This document shows positions 1-12,604 of a DNA stretch of 64,000 bases, piece after piece. Below the pieces are notes generated by a model. The model saw nothing but the letters and a program-made list of their open reading frames with translations. It did no database searches and was not told the origin of the DNA. The position numbers and the translations under genes are program-made. The stretch comes from the human T2T-CHM13v2.0 reference genome, Homo sapiens: NCBI RefSeq assembly GCF_009914755.1, contig NC_060931.1; one strand, 5' to 3'. Every line of letters begins with the position of its first letter. Within the stretch, counting starts at the first letter, position 1.

Positions 1-309
1 CATATAATTTTGGGGGGTTATTGACAGGTGTTAAATTTATTGCATTTGTAGACTCTCAAGAATGTCAAATGCTGTTTTAAATACTAAACTTAAAATAAAC
101 AAATGTGAAAGTGAAGTAGATAACTTTTTAGGAATTCATGAACTCTGGATCCAGATTTGTCCTGGTCATACATACTCTTCCCCAGGGAGAAACAGCAGAT
201 GCGAACGTGATATATCAAATGGTAGCAAAATAACATTTTATTATTAGCTCGAACCATAACTAAATAGTTTGGATCACTTGGATTCATTTTCTTTCCCTAA
301 CTAATGACA

Positions 310-612
310 TAAGAAAGGTGAGTTGATTTTAGCTGTGGTCAGGAGGCGTCTGTTCCTCATACTTTGGATCTCCCCAAAGGGCTTCTTGGGTGTTTTCTTG
401 ACATGATAGCTGGTTTCCCCAGAGTGCATGATCTAAGAGCACAAGGTATGAGCTGCAGTACCTTTTATGATGTAGACTTAGAAATCAAGTTTTGTTGTAA
501 TTGTAGTATTTTATTGAATCTGTCAACTCTATTCAATGCTGATGGAAACTATACAGTGGCAAAAATACCAGAAAGTGGGAATTTTGAGGAGCCATCTTGG
601 AGGCTGTCTGCG
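310..612 (-). mobile_element. Old MLT1-type MaLR LTR fragment
   Basis: The motifs 'gctggtttccccagagtgcatgatctaagag' and 'gccatcttggaggctg' resemble MLT1 consensus segments. Boundaries are approximate. Confidence 0.55.
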
Positions 613-661
613 AGAGAGTACATACTTACAGATTCTAAATTACATACTTGGGAACAATTAG

Positions 662-1165
662 TGTTGCAGCTCTTTTACCCCTGTAGTTTGATGAGTTCCA
701 AGTTCTTGCCCCATGACCAAGAAGAATGATGTATGCAGACACCAGAGAGTGAGTAAGGCAGAGTAGAATTTATTGCGTGACAGAAAAGCTCTCAACAGCA
801 AAAGGGGATCTGAAGGTGGGTTGCCAGCCACGAGGCTGAGTCTAGGGCCTTTTATGAGCTTGAAATGGAGAAGTGTGTGCTGATTGGTCTGTAGGTATGC
901 TTGAAAAAGCACCATTCACAAATAGGCATGTTAGTGTAGAGGACCAACTGGGGAAAGGTAACTTTAGGTAAAACAGGTGAAGGATAAGGGCCAATCAGGA
1001 GAGAATGTGCCAAATAGGAACAGGGGCTCTCAATCTGGTCCGTGAATTTATCAGGAACTTGTAGCTTGGTTTTCAGGCTTTAGACTCTCCTTGGCTTGAA
1101 GGTTGAATTACACCAAGGACCCATCCCTATCTGCCTAGGAATTTACCTGCCTCCTATCGCTATCA
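662..1165 (-). mobile_element. ERV1 solo LTR (LTR1/LTR27/LTR28-like group)
   Basis: TG...CA termini. The minus strand begins tgatagcgataggaggcagg. Poly(A) signal (tttatt on + strand) near 769. Flanks ttag/gtag are a near-match 4-bp TSD. Confidence 0.75.
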
Positions 1166-2469
1166 GTAGCCTATTTTGTGAATCTCTAATTTTCACTCAT
1201 AATTTTATATGGTATTTATTTCTTCTCTAAAACTAAAGATGAAGTCTTAATAATTATTTCAAATAATTATACTTCTATTTTTATTCCATCAAATGAATAA
1301 CACTTATAATTAATATTATTCTTAATTCTCCTGTTGTTACCAATAAACTTTAAAATAATATACCAATACTTCTACGTTTTTCTAACATTGTTCTCTTGAA
1401 CAATATTTTCATCTAAATAATAGTAAGAGCAGTCCTACATTTATATTGTAAACTACTTTCAAACCTGTGTCTTATATTACCTACACCTTTATATTTTAAA
1501 AGTTGATGTCATTTACCTTCTAATCTAAGAGTCACACACCAAGATATTTCCATTCTGTCTTTAGGTTAAGTCAATTTTTGCAAGCAACAAATGGCATTTA
1601 CATTATGATGACCATACAAAAATTATTCAAGTAACACACATTCTTCTCTGTAGCCAATGCCTCTAATCAAGGGGTACTCTAAGTAGAATTTGCATAGAAT
1701 TTCAAATAGATTCACATTTCTTGACATTCTTGATTCACATTTCTTGTTAAAAATGACACATTTTCTTTTTCTTCTTATTTGGCCTAAGGTTCTCTTATAG
1801 CACTCCCCCTTCCATTCCCCTGCCCACTATCGAATTTTCAAATTGTCTTTTTTTTTATTGGATAATAAGCCCACATATCCTGAAGTCATGCTATTGATGC
1901 GCAAAACTCCACCCTTTCATCCTAGATTACCTTGGTTATCCCCACTCTACCAAAGTCCTTCATTTTCTAGTTATTTGCACTGGTTGCTCTCATGACCTTC
2001 TGCAGAATGATCAATCTGGGACATCTTATCCCTGCTTTCCTGAGTCGGTTTCTCTGTTTACTGAATTTTGCTCTTTCTCTTCTGTGGTTTACTGACCTTT
2101 TTTTTTAGTTCTCCTCAGATAATTCCTAAATTAAGTTGTACACAGTAATTTAAAATGGATTGTTTTTATTATGTTGTTACATATCAATAATAATTTGTCT
2201 TGTTTCAAATCATGTTTTCCAAAATATTGTAGGATTATGGTGTTCCATATTCATTCTTGCTGATGACAAGTCTGAGGGGTACTCTGACTATAATTTTATT
2301 TTAAATTATGTGAACTTAATTTTAATTATTTTGATAATTACTTTTTATATTTAAGTTGTTTATTTAAAAAAATTATAATTTATTTAGTTATTTTAGCTAA
2401 AAGAAATAAAAGGTAGTCACTTCTCATCTTTATTTGCACATGATATTTTAAGACTTTTTAAGATTTTTT

Positions 2470-2790
2470 ACAAGGTGATTAGCATAAAAGGCTATCTCAC
2501 TGTGATTATAATTCATATTTATCCAAATTTTAATATGGTTGACAATATTAATTTATGAAGTATGTTTTCTCTTCTGTGAAATATTTGCACTTATTGCTTT
2601 CCCCACCATTCTATTGCATTTTTTATCCTTTTTATTGATTTGTGGGCATTTTTTATATATTTTGAATACAGACATTTTTCTGGTCATATGTCTTACAAAA
2701 TAGTTTTTCCATTTTAGAGTTTGTCTTTTCATTCTCTTTATGATGACTTTTAACGTATGATATTTTTATAGTTTATAAATGTATCGCACA
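2470..2790 (-). mobile_element. Ancient L1M (L1ME-like) fragment
   Basis: T-rich decayed L1 3' ORF2 pattern ('tcttctgtgaaat...tttttattgatttgtgggcattttttatatattttgaatac'). Confidence 0.6.
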
Positions 2791-2901
2791 ATTGGAATTA
2801 GCATACATCTTAAATTTTAGATTACATGGCAGAAAATTAAGTCTTGAAGTTGAAAAATGGGAATTCCATTCTTTTTTTCTTTACCTGGAATAGCAGTTTT
2901 A

Positions 2902-3241
<340 letters not shown>

Positions 3242-4199
3242 CTAATAAGAAATTAATATAATGAATGAAGTGTAAGATAATAAGAGTATTATATTACAGT
3301 TTTCATTACCGCACATCAAGTGCCTTTAAACATTGACACATATAACCTTTAAAATAATATTTGTGACTAAAATGTCTTATTATGGTATTGATATAAGAAG
3401 TGATTCTAACAAATATATCAGTTTTTCAGTTTGCACAGTTGCATTGGGTCAGATATAGTCCATATTAACTAACCTACTAAAATCATCCAGGAACATTATA
3501 CGTAACACAAATATCAAGTCTTCAGTCAGGAAAGTAAACATTTTCAGGAAATATTACAAGTTAATGTTCAATGCTAGATCTATTTACATTTATCACTTAA
3601 ATGAAAGTCTTTTGTTCTGTACATAAAAATATTTTGAAGAAAGTAAAATGCTTGACTTTTTCTAAGAGTGAGTCTATTCTGTCAATATTAGCACTTGGTA
3701 ACCCCAGAGTCTATTCTCAAAGATGTTAAACATAAATCGATGGAAGTGTATTATTTGCAAATCTTAATTGTTACACATTTAGTGAATTTTATTTGTAACT
3801 GTTGAAAATATAACTATTTGAAAAAACTAAAACAAACAAACAAAAAAACTTCATTCCTGGTCTGGTATAAAAATAATATACTTCTTACAGAATGTGTGGT
3901 TGTTTCCAGGTAAGTTAAGGAAATGCTTTATATGAGGTCTACTTAATATCACTCAGTTAAGCATTGACTTTGAAAAAGTATGCATAGAATAAATACACAT
4001 GTACAAAATCATCATAGCTTTTATTACAAGTGAGTTAAATGAAATCGTCCATAATGGTATCTTTTTTTGTTCATTGCTTATGCTGTTGAAAAATTGTGGA
4101 GTCTCTTATTTCTATTTATAATTTTACTATAAGCAGTTTTTCTGTAGTGTATGTTTTTCCTCTTCGTCACTCAACTAAGTAATTGGGTCTCTGAATCTC

Positions 4200-4460
4200 A
4201 TACAAAGTCCCTAGGAGGTCTCAGTCACCCTCCAGGGAAGCTGTCCTTGTACTGCATGAATCTTATGGCTCTGTCACTTCACCACAAGACCTTCCTGTAC
4301 AACATGGGGATGAGAAGGGGTTGGTAGTGAAACCTCAGCATCATGCATTGTCTCACGTGAGAGTGACACACGGTGCTTTCATTGAAGTTCCCTAGACAAA
4401 GCAGTCACTTGCACTTGCCCACTACAAAGCTATTGAGAAGCACTTTTCCATATGTCAAGG
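4200..4460 (-). mobile_element. Probable very old MLT1 LTR fragment
   Basis: 'gagagtgacacacggtgctttc...caaagcagtcacttgcac' resembles old MLT1 segments. Heavily diverged. Confidence 0.4.
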
Positions 4461-5263
4461 AAAAAAAAATGAACACATAGGATATTCTCTTCCACAATAT
4501 ATTCAAGGAAAAACTGCTGGCAATACTCAAATTTGCAAGGAATTAAGCATAAACTATAAGACTAGTTAATTTAGAGAGTGAGTTTTTTTCCAAAGAGCAG
4601 TCCATTTAGTTCTCATTAACACTATTTCTTTTTCTCTCTCAGGACAACTTGTAAAATTGGTTAAAAAAATACAAATCATGCCTCGTCTCTGGAAAAATGG
4701 AGACAAATATTCCAGAGAAATATCCAGGTAGTATTAAAGCTGATGAGTGACTATGTGAGTCCTCAATTTGTAAGAGGATCTACTCTGCACAGTGCTGGTT
4801 AGACACTGCCATATTCTTGCTTTTTGGGTTCCCTTCTCCAAAACATATTGCAAACACTTTTCTTTAGATTGCTGTTCTGTTTTCTGTGTTCATATCAATG
4901 AATAGGCAATCAATTTCCATTCACGTGCAAGCATGTCATTCTATGATTCCTTGTCCTGTTCTTGTTTTTATTTTGTGAAAAAAGGTTGTCTTTAATATGA
5001 ATTCTGTAAATAGGCTTTTGTAGATTTGATTGTTCTTTCACTCCAGTAATACCTCATTTGCTTCATTTCTAATTTTTAAATTAAAGCTTATCATTTCTAC
5101 AATTTTATTCCATGTTTTTCTTTCATTTTTGCAACTATGATGAAGGTTAGAAAAGGCAGTCAAGTAAGTGAATAATTTGCGTCCTGACAGAGCAGAATGA
5201 AGTAACTTGTGTAATAGAGTTTTTAATATTGGGTTTGTAATATTAGAAACATATAACATAAAT

Positions 5264-5522
5264 AGCTGGGAGTGGTGGCTCACTCCTGTAATCCCAGCAC
5301 ATTTTGAGGCCAAGGAAGGTGGATCTCCTGAGGTCAGGGGTTCGAGACCAACTTGGCCAAAATGGTGAAACCCTGTCTCTATTAAAAATACAAAAATTAG
5401 CCAGGCATGGTGGTGGGCACCTGTAATTCCAGCTACTCAGGTGGCTGAGGCAAGATAATTGTTGAACCTGGGAGGCCTGGGTGACACAGCAAGACTCCAT
5501 CTTAAAAAAAAAAAAAAGAAAA
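5264..5522 (+). mobile_element. AluS with ~40-bp right-arm deletion
   Basis: Alu dimer. TSD agaaa[c/t]atataacataaa at 5245-5262 and 5523-5540. The right arm jumps from gggaggc directly to ctgggtgaca. Confidence 0.95.
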
Positions 5523-6344
5523 AGAAATATATAACATAAAGTAGCTTGGGGATGTTCCTGAGTTTAAGCATTCCTTACAGTAGCTTAACTCAATGATTAG
5601 TTTCTCAAAAGTATATTTTATGAAAAACATTTTCTGAAATATGAAAAATAGAAGATAAACATGCCAATGAAGTGAGCGAGGCCCTATAAATAAGAATACC
5701 TTAAGAAGATTTTACTCTTTTGTTTTTATATTAGCATGTCATTTCAGTTAAAAAAAAAAAAAAGGTGGACTGACTTTTAGGCTGTTCTCCTCTCTCCTTC
5801 AAGCTACCTGCTCTCTTTGAAGTATTGAACTGAAGCATGTGTCCATAGGTATTTGTCACTTGATACTGACATTTCAGCACTCATTTGATAGATTAATGGA
5901 GAAAACTGGTAGTGCTGATTTCTTTCTTCCCATGACTTTTGGCATAAACATACTTTTCGAGACATTTCCTATAGTTCTTGGATTAATTTTAAGAATCTTA
6001 CTACTAAGGCAGTTTGGGAAGAAATAGCTTATTCAAAGATAGATAGCTTTCGTGCACTGAAAACCATGAAACATCTTTGATTGCCCAGTTGATTCTCAAT
6101 ACTACATTATTGTAGAAATTGTTAGCTAGTGGACCTAAGATTTCTGAATTAATCTGATTCTTGTTTTGCCGTTTTAACATACTGTGGTTAGCTTGATACA
6201 ATTCATTTTTTAAATTGAACTGATCCTGGGTTTCAGAATGAAAGCTAGCTAATAAAATCAAACACATCTTAAAATATGAATTATAATTAAAAGTTAACTT
6301 TATATTATACCACTCACCAATGGATTGTATACATTAATTTTCAT

Positions 6345-6448
6345 AAGGTCAGAGTTATGGCTTTTTTACATTGTTAGTCCTTGATAGCTATCTTATGTCC
6401 TGGCAGATATTACGTGTTCAATAAATGTTTGATGAATGAATGAATAAA
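6345..6448 (+). mobile_element. L2 3' end
   Basis: Ends in 'ttcaataaatgtttgatgaatgaatgaataaa', the characteristic L2 tail. Confidence 0.8.
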
Positions 6449-6827
6449 GATTTAGGACAGACCCTGTGGTGGGTAGGAAGCAACTCCATTTTCAAAGTCA
6501 CCTTCAAGTTCAGGAAATCATTGAAGAATTGTACAACTTTTCTATCCACGTCAGATCTAGAATCATCGCTGTTGGGTAATTATTATTTGATAAAGTATAA
6601 TGCAATCCACAAATATAAGCTGCCTGTATTAGTTTTCTATTACTTCCTAACAAATTACCGCCAACTTGGCAGCTTAAACAACATCCACTCAGTATTTTAC
6701 AATTTTAGTGGGTGAGAAATAAGGCTGGATACCTTGTTCACCATCTTACCAGGCTAAATTCAAGGAGTCAGCTATAATTGTGTATTTCCTCTGTGGCTCA
6801 GTTTGCTCTTCCAAGCTCACTGTTTTA

Positions 6828-6942
6828 GATATATATATATTCAGCTAAATATATATATATAGAGCTAAATATATATATATATAGCTGAATATATATATAG
6901 CTAAATATATATATATATATAGCTGAATATATGTATATATAT
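6828..6942. repeat. AT-rich minisatellite (agct[a/g]a(at)n units)
   Basis: Five directly visible agct-centred units separated by (AT)n. Confidence 0.95.
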
Positions 6943-7041
6943 TCTCCTTGAGGCTGTAGGACTGAGGTTGTTACTTTTCTACTGCCTGTGCAGGTACTGC
7001 TGTCAGAGGCTATAGACAGTTCCCTGCCATGTAGCCCCCTA

Positions 7042-7210
7042 CTATGGACTGAATTATGGCTCTCCCCAAATTCGTATGTTGAAGCCTTAATCTCCAATGT
7101 GGAATGTGTTTGGATATAGGGCTTTTTGGAGATAATTAAGGTTAAATGAGTTCTTAATGTTGGGGTCCTAATCCAGTAAGTTTGGCGGCTTTTCAAAAAG
7201 AGGAAGAAAG
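7042..7210 (+). mobile_element. MLT1A/MLT1B 5' fragment nested in an older MLT1
   Basis: 'tatggactgaattatggctctccccaaattcgtatgttgaagccttaatctccaatgtg...taattaaggttaaatgag...cctaatcc'. Confidence 0.75.
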
Positions 7211-7439
7211 ATTAAGCACACTCCAAAAATCTCCTCATCTTAAGGTCAACAATTTCTGACATTAATTATACCTGAACAATGCTTTCACATCAACATCTGA
7301 AGTATAGTTTTATTGAATAATTGGGAGAAGTTGTGTGTATACTACAGGCTGGGAATCCTGAGGGATACCCTATAATTCTGTCTACCGAACAACATGTTTT
7401 TTTAAAATACATATTTAAAATAAAACATATATTTAAAAT

Positions 7440-8032
7440 CAAAACAACAAATATTTTTATTTAGCCACATTAAATAAAAAGTAAAAAGAGGCATGTAAAC
7501 ACAATAATATATAATTTATGTAAACAACATCATAATCTAATTTCAACATATAATAAGCATAATTTTTCCAACTCTTATTTTTAGTTCAAGAATATAAGTA
7601 CAGGTTTGTTACATGGGTAAACTCGTGTCACAGGGATTTGTTGTACAGAACATTTCATCACCTAAGTATGAAGCCTAGTAACCCATTAGTTATTTTTCCC
7701 AGTCATCTCCTTCTTACCACTCTCCACCCTAAGAAGACCCCAGTATCTATTGTTCCCTTCTATGTGTCCATGTGTTCTCATCATTTAGCTCCTACTTGTA
7801 AGTGAGAGCATGCAGTATTTGATTTCTGCCCCTGTGTTAGTTTAGTTTGATAAGGATAATGGTCTCCAGCTCCATCCGTGTCCCTGCAAAAGACATGATC
7901 TTGTCCTTTTTTATGGAAGTTAGAAATCCAGTGTGTATTTTACATTTATAGCACATCTCAATTATGACTATCCATATTTCAAGTAGTCAATAGCAAATGT
8001 GGCTAGTGGCTGCACATTACACAGCACAGCTA
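7440..8032. mobile_element. MER3/MER33-like hAT DNA element split by an L1
   Basis: Left part 'tagccacattaaataaaaagtaaaaag'. Right part 'gtgtgtattttacatttatagcacatctcaatt...gtggctagtggctgcac'. Confidence 0.7.
7562..7915 (-). mobile_element. L1PA13-16-like 3' end
   Basis: Reverse-complement L1 3'UTR: 'caggtttgttacatgggtaaactcgtgtcacaggg...catttagctcctacttgtaagtgagagcatg'. Confidence 0.9.
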
Positions 8033-10189
8033 CAGACAATTATAGGTGTAATCTAGGTTAATTATAATTACAGGTTAATTACCCTAAGAATTTAAGGAAG
8101 AAAGCAGAGTGCCATTTCAACATCTCCTGGGACTGGAAGATTACATTTAAAGTGAACTCCAGGAGCAATAGAAAACTTCCATATTATTGGACATACTTTT
8201 TTTTCAGCTTGAATTGAGGGTGAAATAAGATAAAATAAAATAAAATCAGTTTAAAAAATGCGTATTTTACAAAGTGCAAGTAGAAAATAACAATTTGTTA
8301 GATTTCTTGCCATGTTGTTCTCTTATATATAAATGATTATTTGTGAATATACTAGTTTTAAATTTCTGTAGTTTTAAACTTCCCTCCAAATAATTCCACT
8401 TTTATAGCATCTTTAAATAATTACTAAATATTTAACTTACTGAAAATATAAATATAAACATAACCATTGCTTAGCATCAACTCTTGTGAACAGATAATTT
8501 TTTCTTTAACTTTTGTAAAGAGAAGTGATAGTTCTATTCTTATATATTTAATGATTTAATGATATTCAAATTTTAATATTTTTCTTCAAGCAAGTAATAC
8601 ACCTTTAGTCACAATTTTGTAAACAACATAATGCGGAGTCCACAAGTATACATTTGTATTGATATCCTTTCAATAAATAAAACTTAGAGTGAGTTAAAAC
8701 AATAAAAGACGTAAGACTAATAATTTATGGATACTGTATTCTTTTCTCTGTTTTAATCAGTGTGATCATAATAGTATTTATTTTACTAAGGAAGAAAAAT
8801 ATCCTAACAAAGGATAGAACATGCCAATGCCTGTACTAGTCATTACTATATAGTACTTCCTACCAGTGCACTTAAAATGTTATTAATATTAAATATCATA
8901 TATTATCACATAAACATATAACATGAACTTAGTTCATTAATATTATTCTGATTTGAACACTTTACCTTTTAAGTTGAAATGACAACATCAGCTAGCTTTT
9001 TGATGTCACTGATAGAAGCATAAAATGAATATCTATAAATATATGATTGTTCCACCTGATAAATTTCAAATGTTCAAAATTTTTACAGAGCATGTTATAT
9101 AATGTCTTTCCTTAACCCATTGTATTATTATCTTCTGTGACTGTATGTTGGGATACCACAGGCCTTTCACTTCTGAAATGTTCTTATGCAGTCTGTTGAG
9201 AGATCCTTTGTCATTGATCTCACTTCACAGTCTTCATCATACAATGTTGACAGGAAATTTTATTTCTTTGTGTGTGTGTGTGTTTTCACTTCTTTGCTCA
9301 TTTTGCTTACATGGCATTCTGATGGGCTGAGGTTCAAAAATTCGAAATTGTTCAGACATTTGCCTACCTTAATATATAGACAGAAAAAACATACTACAAC
9401 ATATCTTTTACTCATACAAGTGTCTCTTTGGCTTTGAGATTAGTGAGAGGTATAATGGTAAGTGGTAAATTTTAAAAAACAAAAGTGTTTAAGAAAGAAA
9501 AAAGGACATGGAGGAAAAATAGTATAATGTAAAATATATATTTGTTTTACTATATATTATATAATGTGTTATTATATATGATAGATGTATAGATCATGTA
9601 TATGCTATACTAATAGCATATTATGTCATATATTACATACCAAAAACATATTTAATTTTAATGTTAAAATATATATGTCACAATAGTAAACAAAAAATCA
9701 TTATAAGATGTGTGAAGAAGAAAGACATCACCGTAAAATATGAATATTTGGATTAAAAAGTCTAATTAGTAGTTCATTCTACTTTTACTCACAGAACTAT
9801 ATTATTTGGAGAAGATTCTGTTCACACAATTCTTACCTCAAATATAAATATAGAATTGTACTTACCTTCAGAAGACCTAAAGGATTAGAGTAATAATATA
9901 TGATTATACTAATCTTAATATTTAGTGAAATGTTAACATACATTATTGATCATATTCTTCACTGCAAGTAAATTGGCAGTTTTAGTGTTCTTAACTATAA
10001 TGCAAATTGAGTTAAAAAAATAGAACACTTGAAGGAAAAACATACACTTTCCTGCCATAGCAACTGATTTAATCTTAGGACCCATGAGAATTTATGTGAT
10101 TACTCTGTAATTATTTTGCATCTTGTATTAGCTCATTTGTGCTACTATAACAAAATACTATAAACTAAATAGCTTACCCACATAGAGAT

Positions 10190-10265
10190 AGGAAAGAATA
10201 TACATGGGATACAGGAGATCCCTTAGGATGTGTCTTAGTATTACCATGCTTTGTAATTAAGGTCA
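10190..10265 (+). mobile_element. HERVL internal fragment
   Basis: 'tacaggagatcccttaggatgtgtcttagtattaccatgctttgtaattaaggtcaa' matches the recalled HERVL 3' internal region. Confidence 0.7.
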
Positions 10266-10296
10266 AAAAAAAAAAAAAAAAACAAAACTGCGGCAT

Positions 10297-10470
10297 GGGA
10301 GGCCAAGATGGCTGACTAGAAGCAGTGGCTATCAGAGGCTCCCATTGAAAAGAACCATAATTAGTGTGTGAATCCTACACTGGCAAGCAAGGTATCCAGG
10401 TTTTCTCATCAGAACCGACTAGGCAGCTGGCATGATCCACGGAGAGGAAAGAAAAGCAGTGTGGTGCTGT
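10297..10470 (+). mobile_element. Primate L1 5' end (L1PA13-16/L1PB-type 5'UTR start)
   Basis: 'gggaggccaagatggctgactagaagcag...gcaaggtatccaggttttctcatcag', including the YY1 motif caagatggc. Confidence 0.8.
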
Positions 10471-10471
10471 G

Positions 10472-10940
10472 GATAGAACAAAAAGGTGAAGGAAAGGCAA
10501 ACTCTCCTTGTTTCAGGTGGGACATCGATCTTCTGTGATTAGACATTGGAGCTCTCTGTGTCAGGTCTTTAGACTTTCTTTTTGACTAAGCAGCCCTTCC
10601 CCATCCCCACAGGTTTTCAGGCCTTTGGCCTTAGACTGAATTATGCTATTGGCTTTCCTGACTCTCTTGTTTGCAGATGGCATATCATGGAACTTCTTGG
10701 TCATAATAATTTTATGAGCCAATTCCCATAATATATCTATCCCCTCATATATATTTTTATTTGTTATATATCTTAACATCTCTTTCTATATATCTAGCAA
10801 TTTAAAATATCTATCGATCTGTATATCTATCTATCTATCTATCATCTATCTATCTATCTATCTCTCTATCATCTAACCATCTATCTATCTCTTTATCAAT
10901 CCATTCTATTGGTCCTGTAACTCTAGAGAACCCTGACTAA
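10472..10940 (+). mobile_element. MLT2 (ERVL) LTR 3' part with (TCTA)n
   Basis: 'gatagaacaaaaaggtgaagg...tctagagaaccctgactaa'. The (tcta)n microsatellite lies at ~10808-10890. Confidence 0.85.
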
Positions 10941-12196
10941 GAGAGAGAGACGTAAACATTCAGACCATAGCATATTTGTTCTCTAATTTCTTTTCCTTTG
11001 TCCCCCAACCCCTATAGCTCTCAGAATACAGTAGCTGTCACAGTCGGTAAGTCAATAAAGCCTTTAATAATAATGACATTTTTGTAGTTATTTGATTTAT
11101 TGAATTCTTGTACCTAATATGGTGCAGAACAATGTGATACTATATATTATAATTATGTAAGATAATTCTAAGAAGACATGTAGCATTTTAAATGAATAAT
11201 ATGTATTACATTATGATGGAATCATGTGATGAATATAGCTTTACAGATAAAAATATTTATCTTTAAGCTACAATATTGTAAAATATACAATGTATATATA
11301 TTTATAGGTAAACATTTAGAAGTTCTAAATTTTATTTTAAAATTATTTACATGCTCAGAAAAGCATGGATGTTTTGAAATTTATTGCCAGTCACTGTAAG
11401 AATTTTTTACAAATAGATAAGTGTGTTCACATTTCCCTTAGACAGTCATGATTTCAAAGGCTGGAGTAATTATGAGGAAAACCACATCCAACAGATCTCA
11501 GGAATATAGAAACAAGCACATTATACAGAGCTGAACTTCATTACACTTTACATAATGCTCAAAGCTAACATTTCTCTTATATATTGCTTGTGGCCAAAAT
11601 AATATAATAATCACATGAGTGGAAATCAAAAACAAAAATAAATTCCTCTTATCATGACTCAAAAATCACGCTGTTATTTCCTTTGTTATCTTAGAGTCTT
11701 TGTCCAAATGGTAATATAACTTTTCATAAACCATGATTATTATTTATATAAGATGAACTTATGATAAATTTTATACTTTGCTTTTTCACATATTATATAT
11801 TTGGTATTTTTAAATATCCATTCAACACTCTATAAACTTTACTGGATACCTACTATGTTCCATAAATCGTTGTAAATGAAGTAGTCACAGAATAATAAGT
11901 TATGTTTTTTGGTCTAGAAGTATCTACCTACAAGTAATAGGAAACTTGATATGTGAAAACATGCACATTTCTAATAACAAAGCCTATATTGTAATATGCA
12001 TATTGCAAAGGTGTTAAAAACTAGAGAATGATCAACTCTGGCACAATATTTATAATTAAATAACTTTAAAGAATTCTGCATATGTTATTGAACACAAATA
12101 AGCAAATAGCTTATCTTACTTTCAAAAAACAAATTGGACATATTAAACATTAAAGTCAGTATTGAGAAGTGGGTGACTTAAAACAAGGTTTGGGGT

Positions 12197-12363
12197 TGTT
12201 ATGGGCTACATATTTGTGTCCCACCTAAAATCACATATTGAAACCCTGCTCCCCAATATGATGGTATCTGTAGGTTGGCCTTTGGAAGCTAATTAGATTT
12301 AGATCAGATCATAAAGGTGGGATCAGTGCCTTATAAAAAGAGAAAGCTAATAGAGCTCTCTCA

Positions 12364-12401
<38 letters not shown>

Positions 12402-12604
12402 CTCTTGCTCTTTCTTTTCCTCTTTGCCATGTAAGGATATATCTGCAAAGCCAGGAAGAGGGCTCTTACCAGGAACCACACTGGCCAGCACCTTGATTTT
12501 GATATTCCCAGCCTGCAGCACCATGAGAAATAAATGTCTTTTTTTTTTTTTTAAGCTTTTCAGTTTCTGGTACTGTGTTATAGCATCCAGAGCCGACTAA
12601 GATG
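12197..12604 (+). mobile_element. Full-length MLT1A-type solo LTR with internal (TC)n
   Basis: tgttatggg... to ...gactaagatg. Perfect 5-bp TSD ggggt at 12192-12196 and 12605-12609. Confidence 0.9.

Larger units (their letters stand above)
6625..7385 (-). mobile_element. MLT1 LTR (MLT1D/E/F-like), interrupted
   Basis: Starts 'tgtattagttttctatt...taacaaattaccgccaacttggcagcttaaacaaca', the reverse complement of an MLT1 3' end. Interrupted by an AT minisatellite and an MLT1A/B fragment. Confidence 0.7.
10124..10972 (-). mobile_element. Collapsed mosaic: MLT1A/MST-like termini enclosing ERVL-int, an L1 5' end and an MLT2 LTR
   Basis: Outer ends tgtattagctc... and ...cattcagaccatagca. The inner pieces are listed separately. 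Confidence 0.65.

Noticed and set aside
1709-1746. 15-bp direct repeat gattcacatttcttg and a nearby octamer atttgcat (1688-1695)
   Set aside because: A local slippage duplication and a single motif expected by chance in AT-rich DNA.
6828-6942. Repeat-spacer-like periodicity (CRISPR-like)
   Set aside because: The spacers are just (AT)n, the context is eukaryotic and there are no cas genes.
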